A DNA stretch of 63,859 bases, the filler included, from Bigelowiella natans CCMP2755 (taxonomy: Eukaryota; Protista; Cercozoa), in the NCBI GenBank assembly GCA_000320545.1. It is 9 parts of 9 records of this genome, joined end to end, with 100 filler letters (N's around TTAATTAATTAA, not from the genome) between each part and the next. Parts side by side here need not be neighbours in the genome. Positions count along the whole stretch, not along the records: positions 56,689 to 59,761 come from ADNK01001465.1; positions 59,862 to 60,961 come from ADNK01003406.1; positions 61,062 to 62,433 come from ADNK01002188.1; positions 62,534 to 63,859 come from ADNK01001213.1; 5 more parts are not named here. One strand, 5' to 3'. Positions 57,141 through 63,859 of the stretch are shown here, piece after piece (the first letter of the stretch is position 1; every line of letters starts with the position of its first letter). Below the pieces are notes generated by a model. That model was not told the DNA's origin. It saw nothing but the letters and a program-made list of their open reading frames with translations, and ran no database searches. A program made the translations under genes and the position numbers.

Positions 57141-58306
57141 CTTACAGCATGTGCCTTCTTGCCATCGGGACCATCAAGCCGAATCTGCTTCTCCACCACG
57201 CCTACAGAGGCAGGAGCATTCAGGGTACATGAAGCCAGAAGTTTGAAGTAAGCTGATAGCAATAACGAGGAGGGGGAGGGGGAGGGGAAGGAGGGCGCGC
57301 CTCTACAACGCACGCCGTAAGCTAGTACCTCCGATGATGTCTTGGCAGAGTTTGCACACAGTGTTGAATTTGTGCTCGTCCTGCATGAACTTGAGCATGT
57401 ACCTAGTCGCCGTCCACACACACACACACAATCACACACACACGTAACATTATCGCACTTTTCATCATTTATGACACTTAAACGATGCCCATGTGTGCAT
57501 GTGCATGTGCGTACGCGCGCGCGCAGCGATGTTGGTGTCCTCCACGTTACTGGTAGAGATGCCTTCTGAGCGGCTCCATCTCCTTCCCGCACAGCGCAAA
57601 TTTGGTCTCCTCAGAGCTATCGGCGGAGCTCGAGGAAGCGGAGAATTTGTTGTATGTCTGCGATCGAGAGGGGGGCGGCGGGGGGAGAGGGAAGAAACAA
57701 ACAAAAATCACAAATACTGTTTAGCATGACGACAAGGACGACGGTCAGGAATTTTATGCCGAATTTTGCCAAAATCCCCTCGAATACTGCAGCATTTCTA
57801 ATACTACTGCTGCTATTGCGTCATGTTAATTATTATCTGGACGAAAGAACCCCCCTCCCCCCCCTCCCTCCCTCCGCTCCCCCCACTACCTTGTGACTCC
57901 TGTAGTCGTTCAAGTAGAAAATGGCTGACATTAGGAAGAACGTACGCACGCACAGAACAAACCGGTTGAGAGGAGATTTCGAGTTTTTCAACGCGTGGAT
58001 TAAAACTCGAAGAGGGGAGGGGGAGAGAGAAGTGAAGGGGGGAAAAGCCTTATCATAATTCTTGCAAACCATCCACCGACGGCAGACAGAGAGCAAGGAG
58101 CGCCTACCTTCCACGAAGTGCTTATGGAATTGCCTCGGCCATTTCGCGACGATCAGCTGTGTGTTGTGCAATGCAATACATAGAAACCGGGGTGGGAGGG
58201 GATAGAAGACGTTGATTTTAAGTTGTAGCAGCGGCGAGATGATGATGGTGACGGTGGCAATGATAATACTGGCGTCATGCTGGTGGTAGTAACAATGCGC
58301 TACTAT

Positions 58307-58339
<33 letters not shown>

Positions 58340-58961
58340 ACCTGTAGAGTGTGTTATGATTCCTAAATACATACCTTGGTGAGGGCTCCTTTCGCCGTCA
58401 GCTTCACGCCCTGATCACTATCCACGACCTGGGGGGCGTGGCAAATGCACCCATCATCACCATCATCATCTCGATGCATAGGTGGGTGGGACAGATATAT
58501 AGATGTCCACCAGAATAAGGGTGATTTCGGGCAGAATATCAAAATAGGATCCCAGAATTCACAATAGTACATATGTAAATTATTTCCTTATCTGCTATCA
58601 TATTGCGACTCATCATCGCACATTCTCCCAACACTACTCTCCGCAACCGTGCGCAGCGCCCTGAAGAACATCGGGCCTTTCCATTTGATGTAATCCTCTT
58701 GCAGCAGCTGGATCATGATCATCAAGCTGTGTCGGCGTACGACCTGCGCGGAGAGAAGAGTGAGCAATTAGACGGAAAATCCCACAAGGACGAGGGGCGT
58801 ATTTCGCAGATATAAAATATATCAGCATGATTTTTAAATGTTTTCTGAAGACCTCGTTGTCGTCTCGCAGGCACGCTGTGATCGCATCAATTTGTCCTAT
58901 GTGCCAAATAATAGGCGTGAGTTGGATAAACAGACACGCACACGCAAAATATAAATATTTT

Positions 58962-58999
<38 letters not shown>

Positions 59000-59600
59000 C
59001 ATTGTGTATGTGTGTGTGTGTGTGTGTGTGTCTGTGTGTGTGTGTGTGAAAGGAGGGAGGGAGGGGGGGGAACGAGGGAGAATGAAAGCTCGCAGAATCA
59101 TCTCACCGTCATCTCACGCTTTGCTACTACACATCATTTTCTCTCATCCTACCGTCGACGGCGTCAGTGAACGCGCGGCACATGTCGCACAACACGACCA
59201 GCACGTTGTTGCGCACCACGGGGGACTCTCCGCTCTTCAGCTCACGGATCATAACCGGAACCTGCAACAACAACAACAACATCATCATCATCGTCATCGT
59301 CCCCAACCACCACAACAATATCCCCAGCACAGGTAGCAGTCAGCAAGATTTCGGGCTTCTGGAAAGAGACTCTCTGACAATGTATAGCCATGGATGATGA
59401 ATGATGTGCCTACGCATGCATTCTGCATATTCCCTCTCTGTCTCTTTCTCTGCGTGCGCGCGTGTGTGTCTGAATCGGCCAACCATCTTCCTCGTGAGCG
59501 ACTTGTTGCGGAGGCAGAACTTTCCGAGAGTTGTAAACGCGTGCGCCCTCACCGCCGAGAAGACGCCGCCGAGCTTGCTCTCATCTGAAGGGGACCTGGG
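56689..59600 (-). CDS. NCAPD3: Condensin II HEAT subunit CAP-D3 (Cnd1 domain), internal fragment
   Basis: VRAHAFTTLGKFCLRNKSLTRKM|VPVMIRELKSGESPVVRNNVLVVLCDMC...CLRDDNE|VVRRHSLMIMIQLLQEDYIKWKGPMFFR...FHKHFVE..IFYLNDY...DEHKFN. This matches the CAP-D3 consensus as I recall it. Confidence 0.87.
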
Positions 59601-59861
59601 GGGGGGGAGGGAGAGGAGGAGGGCCATTGAGAATGATGACTTTGATATTGTTGCGTGATTGCAGGTCAATACCCTTCTGCTCCTCCGCTGATCATGTCGG
59701 TGATGGACGGTTGAAGAATGCCTATGAATGTCTGCACATCTGGAGAGGGGGGGAAGGGAAANNNNNNNNNNNNNNNNNNNNNNNNNNNNNNNNNNNNNNN
59801 NNNNNTTAATTAATTAANNNNNNNNNNNNNNNNNNNNNNNNNNNNNNNNNNNNNNNNNNNN

Positions 59862-60008
59862 TCGGTTTATCATCCATATCTAAGTATAAAAAGCATTATG
59901 TAAGGGGTCTTTGTCCTTCTTCTCACTCTTAACAATCGCTATAGGTTTCAGGTTCTTATTCTCATTTTCATCAATTCTATTTAGTTTTTTTAATAATAAA
60001 TAAGGCAT
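59862..60008 (-). CDS. N-terminus of a second viral-like ORF, possibly an A32/FtsK-type packaging ATPase
   Basis: MPYLLLKKLNRIDENENKNLKPIAIVKSEKKDKDPLHNAF; adding one T in a T5 run continues the frame as LYLDMDDKP. The KPIAIVK...LYL pattern recalls N-termini of PLV/virophage ATPases. The Walker motifs would lie beyond the gap. Confidence 0.35.
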
Positions 60009-60050
60009 AGTTTATTATTAAAAATTAGATATTATTTTTTATAGTAAATA

Positions 60051-60947
60051 TTAATCATCAGGTTCACTGATAGCATCTAAATCTTCTTCGTAATCAACTA
60101 ATTCTTGTAATACTTTGATGAGTTGTGATGCTGTTAATACCTCGTTAAAAAATCTATACTTTTCATTCTGCTTCTTCTTCTTAAGTAGATTTATAGCAGT
60201 TTTCGCTTCAGGTAAAACCGAGTCATCGTCGCTATATGCCTTTTCAACCTTTAGCAGATTGCTTTCAATCGTATTTCTTTGCTTCCTTTCCTTTTTTCCA
60301 AAGGAATCAACCTCTGCTTGTATCACCTTTTTGACACCATTTTTATCAATTCTTTTACCATCATAAGTGAATTTGTCTTTGAGGTTCAAACTGTTAAAAT
60401 TCTTATTTATCTCCTTTTGAACTTGCTTCATATATTTTAGAGTTAAATTACCATTATTTTTTTTACTTTCAACATCGTTAAGAATAAGACTTACTTTATT
60501 TTTAGTATCTCTTTCTGTGTCGGTTTTCTTTAAGGAAGCACGAAGGTTGTTGATGAATGCCCCTACTCTTACATTCTTGTTGAAGACCTTAATCATAGTA
60601 TTTTTAGGAATCTTGTCAAGTTTATGTTTGTTTTTGTCTAATAAATCCTTTCTTACATCTGACTTCACTTCATCTAAGTCATTGCTACCAGTAAATGCTG
60701 AATCAATTGCTTTTTGGTATTTATCTACAATATCTTTATCTATTTGCCTACCAGTAGTAGCAGTTGACCGTAATTCTGTAGCAACACTATTAATTTCTTT
60801 ATCTCTAATAGATTTATCTACCTCTGCTCCTAAACTTGCTTCTATTGTATTTGTCAAGTCTATTGTAGGAATGCTTACATTATACTTGCTCTTTAAGTCA
60901 TTGAAAAGGTCTCTTCCTGCCTGTGGAGTTTTAGGGGCATTTAGCAT
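60051..60947 (-). CDS. Intronless AT-rich 298-aa Lys/Asn/Asp-rich protein of probable viral origin
   Basis: Clean ORF on a contig of roughly 30% GC by eye, with no introns or microsatellites and a 42-bp spacer to the next co-oriented ATG. Confidence 0.75.
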   Translation of the reverse strand: MLNAPKTPQAGRDLFNDLKSKYNVSIPTIDLTNTIEASLGAEVDKSIRDKEINSVATELRSTATTGRQIDKDIVDKYQKAIDSAFTGSNDLDEVKSDVRKDLLDKNKHKLDKIPKNTMIKVFNKNVRVGAFINNLRASLKKTDTERDTKNKVSLILNDVESKKNNGNLTLKYMKQVQKEINKNFNSLNLKDKFTYDGKRIDKNGVKKVIQAEVDSFGKKERKQRNTIESNLLKVEKAYSDDDSVLPEAKTAINLLKKKKQNEKYRFFNEVLTASQLIKVLQELVDYEEDLDAISEPDD

Positions 60948-61061
60948 CTGCTACTCCTATCNNNNNNNNNNNNNNNNNNNNNNNNNNNNNNNNNNNNNNN
61001 NNNNNTTAATTAATTAANNNNNNNNNNNNNNNNNNNNNNNNNNNNNNNNNNNNNNNNNNNN

Positions 61062-61368
61062 CCTCCTCCTCCTCCTCCTCCTCCTCCTCCTCCTCCTCCT
61101 CCTCCTCCTCCTCCTCCTCCTCCTCCTCCTCCTCCTCCTCCTCCTCCTCCTCCTCCTCCTCCTCCTCCTCCTCCTCCTCCTCCTCCTCCTCCTCCTCCTC
61201 CTCCTCCTCCTCCTCCTCCTCCTCCTCCTCCTCCTCCTCCTCCTCCTCCTCCTCCTCCTCCTCCTCCTCCTCCTCCTCCTCCTCCTCCTCCTCCTCCTCC
61301 TCCTCCTCCTCCTCCTCCTCCTCCTCCTCCTCCTCCTCCTCCTCCTCCTCCTCCTCCTCCTCCTCCTC
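61062..61368. repeat. Perfect (CCT)n tract, ~100 units, at a contig start
   Basis: Seen directly; the length may be an artefact. Confidence 0.9.
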
Positions 61369-61392
61369 CCCCCTCCTTGCATGATTCTTAAG

Positions 61393-62225
61393 CAGCCAAA
61401 AAGGAAAGACTGCAATCAACTCGATTCTGAAGCACCGGAAGGGCCACAAGGGAGCTTACGAGCGCGCACGGAAATCGATGCAGAAGTTCCTGAGAATGTG
61501 CGCCCTCGGTGCCTCGGGCACGGAGGCCCAGAATGTTCGCTCCTTTCGCTACAACGGAAAAGCTCCTAAAAATGTTGACTACCGAGCGGCTCTCAGGCAG
61601 TCACTAAAGGTGCCGTTGTACCAAGTATCTCTGTTTTCCTCTCCGCATTTTCCTTTTTCCATCCATGATGACTTTGAACTCATGCGCACCAATTGCCGCA
61701 TTGACACAAGCGTGCTGTCGTGGCTGTCGTAACAAACACGTACATGCAGCGGGCCAACGACCACTTGAACGAGGTGCATCGGAAGTTGCACGAGAAGAAA
61801 CTAAAGGAGGTGAAGGAGCGGGTGGAGAAGGAAGAAAAACTTGCCAAGATCAAAGAGGAGCGCCACCTCGATCGGGTGATGAGATGTGTGCACGCGCGCG
61901 TGTGTGTGTGGGGGTGGGACTTTGTGATATTTGACCACTCACTTAAAGTAGTCTATCTTTGATGCATGTAAAGCAAGTGCTGATGATGACAATCTCCCCC
62001 CACCCCCCTCCCTCCCCTTCCACGCACAACCAGCTCAAAACCGCGGAAGCCGTGGGAGGAGTGGCAGTAATCCGGCATAAGTATGCGAAAGAAATGAAGA
62101 CGAAAAAGCGCTTCAGCCGACGCTTTTCCTCTCTATGTATGAGCAATTCATTCATGTCACTGCAGATCTCAAGACTCAGGTGGAAGATGGAGAAAGAGAC
62201 GCTGGATATAGTGCTACCTAAGAGC
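61393..62225 (+). CDS. Fragment of a basic coiled-coil hypothetical protein
   Basis: Exon-like blocks ...RKSMQKFLRMCALG...AALRQSLK|...ANDHLNEVHRKLHEKKLKEVKERVEKEEKLAKIKEERHLDR|LKTAEAVGG... Confidence 0.5.
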
Positions 62226-62236
62226 GCTCTATCTAT

Positions 62237-62293
<57 letters not shown>

Positions 62294-62739
62294 TGTGGGT
62301 GAGTGTGTGCGATCTTCACACCACCTTCTATACTGAAAGCATTTCCTCGATCTCTTGCCACAGAGAAACACCCACACACACAGGGGAGCTGGGGAGAGGG
62401 GTATATAAAAACGTGTGCGAAAGAAGATAAACCNNNNNNNNNNNNNNNNNNNNNNNNNNNNNNNNNNNNNNNNNNNNTTAATTAATTAANNNNNNNNNNN
62501 NNNNNNNNNNNNNNNNNNNNNNNNNNNNNNNNNTCATCGTGAATACCAAGAAGTAGTGAATGCGAATATGGAAACACCAAGCTTCCCCATGTGTCTATAT
62601 AGCTTCGGGTGCTTGTAGGATATCATACGATTTAATACGTTCTAGTGAAGAAGAAGAGGAAGGAAGAAGAAGAAGAACAACACCAACAACAACAAATCGC
62701 AAATCCAATCAAACAAATACATACGGACAAAAACGCACA

Positions 62740-62776
<37 letters not shown>

Positions 62777-62979
62777 GCAGCTCAAGCAGGCTCATCTACC
62801 AACACGTCTGCTACCGCTATCATCACTGGCACGATTCGTTGTTGCAATTTCGCATCGCTCCACAACTAGCAAAGGCATCTCCAGAGGCGGTCTACACCAC
62901 CACCACCACTACTACTACTACTACTAAAGAACAGCCAAGATGACACTGATACGTGCTCATGCTGTATCACCCAACAGTA

Positions 62980-63110
62980 CCTGATCAACTTTCAAACTCG
63001 CCATTGTAGGCGTGTAGTACCCTAATCGGATCTCTATCAGCACGCACAGCCCCCAAAAAGCGTCCTCCTGGGCAAATAGAACAACCAGGGGGGGGGGAGA
63101 TCGAGTTAAC

Positions 63111-63147
<37 letters not shown>

Positions 63148-63817
63148 TAATATTTGGGATGATATCTTTGAGTGTATGCAGCCTCACCCACCTCGGAAAG
63201 GACAGTGAGCAGACCAGCACAAACGAAATTCATGCCTTGACAGTACCCAACGAGATCTGGATTTCTCAAGGCGTACGCGTACAGCACTCTTCTCAGCGTT
63301 GCAAGGCCCTTTGGTGATGGCACGAAGGGGGGAGGGGAGGGGGGGGGGGGATGATGCCTTAGATAGGTAATAGAGAGGAGGGAAGGAGAAGCGAAAAGCC
63401 AAACCTCTTCGCTTTGGAACATCTTGCACTTCGGCATAGTCCTGCCCAGGTCCTTATCAATCTGAAATATCTCCTTCTGCGCTGTGCTTTGATTCGTCAT
63501 CACCTCCCTGAGAGGAGGAGGGGGAGGGGGGGGGAGAGAAGCAAATGATGATGAGCGACGAGGAGGAGGAGGACTTGAGTTGCTTGCGTTGTATGATACG
63601 TGTAAGTATAAAAGCGCGCGCGCGTGTGTGTGTGTGTGTGTCTGTGTGTGTAGACTGACTTTGATAACTGAATCAGGCGCTTATAATACCCCGCAGGATA
63701 ATTTGACTTTAATTTGTCGCATCTCAGGAACACCCTCCACACCTCGGCGCGCTTGCTCTCAGGAACCCCTGTCTTCATCAGTTCTCCGAGCTCTGCGTTA
63801 GGAGCAATTGGTGGCAT
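62980..63817 (-). CDS. TBC-domain Rab GTPase-activating protein, internal fragment
   Basis: GVPESKRAEVW...QIDKDLGRTMP (Arg finger)...LRRVLYAYALRNPDLVGYCQGMNFVCAGLL (Gln finger)...EDAFWGLCVLIE...GYY. Confidence 0.93.
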
Positions 63818-63859
63818 TTGGTGATAATGTTTTTTTGGGAGACAACCCCCCCCCCCCCC

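Noticed and set aside
61006-61449. Poly-Glu / poly-Arg ORFs
   Set aside because: These are translations of a (CCT)n tract at a contig edge.

Overview
Draft genome of an intron-rich microbial eukaryote. It has GT-AG introns, many of them packed with microsatellites, and the standard code fits every gene I could reconstruct. Nine contig pieces are joined by eight artificial N-TTAATTAATTAA-N linkers. Genes reconstructed by hand: an LCL3/staphylococcal-nuclease protein, a C2-domain protein, a PPR protein, glutathione reductase, a NECAP-like protein, a CRAL-TRIO protein, an SK-type K+ channel, a divergent SPO11, a PPPDE/DESI peptidase, condensin II CAP-D3, a TBC RabGAP and several hypotheticals. 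A ~1.1 kb AT-rich contig looks like virophage or Polinton-like virus DNA. The most striking signal is not a gene. Two blocks (about 4.68-5.65 kb and 45.0-47.7 kb) have lost almost every TpA dinucleotide except those inside CTAG. They share a diverged repeat. The larger block holds a gene relic in which Tyr codons appear to have become Cys or His. This looks like a targeted, context-specific TA->TG/CA hypermutation (A:T->G:C, the opposite direction to fungal RIP) acting on repeats and spreading into flanking DNA. A weaker version of the signature appears between convergent gene ends. Exon boundaries and dinucleotide counts were done by eye and need computational confirmation.
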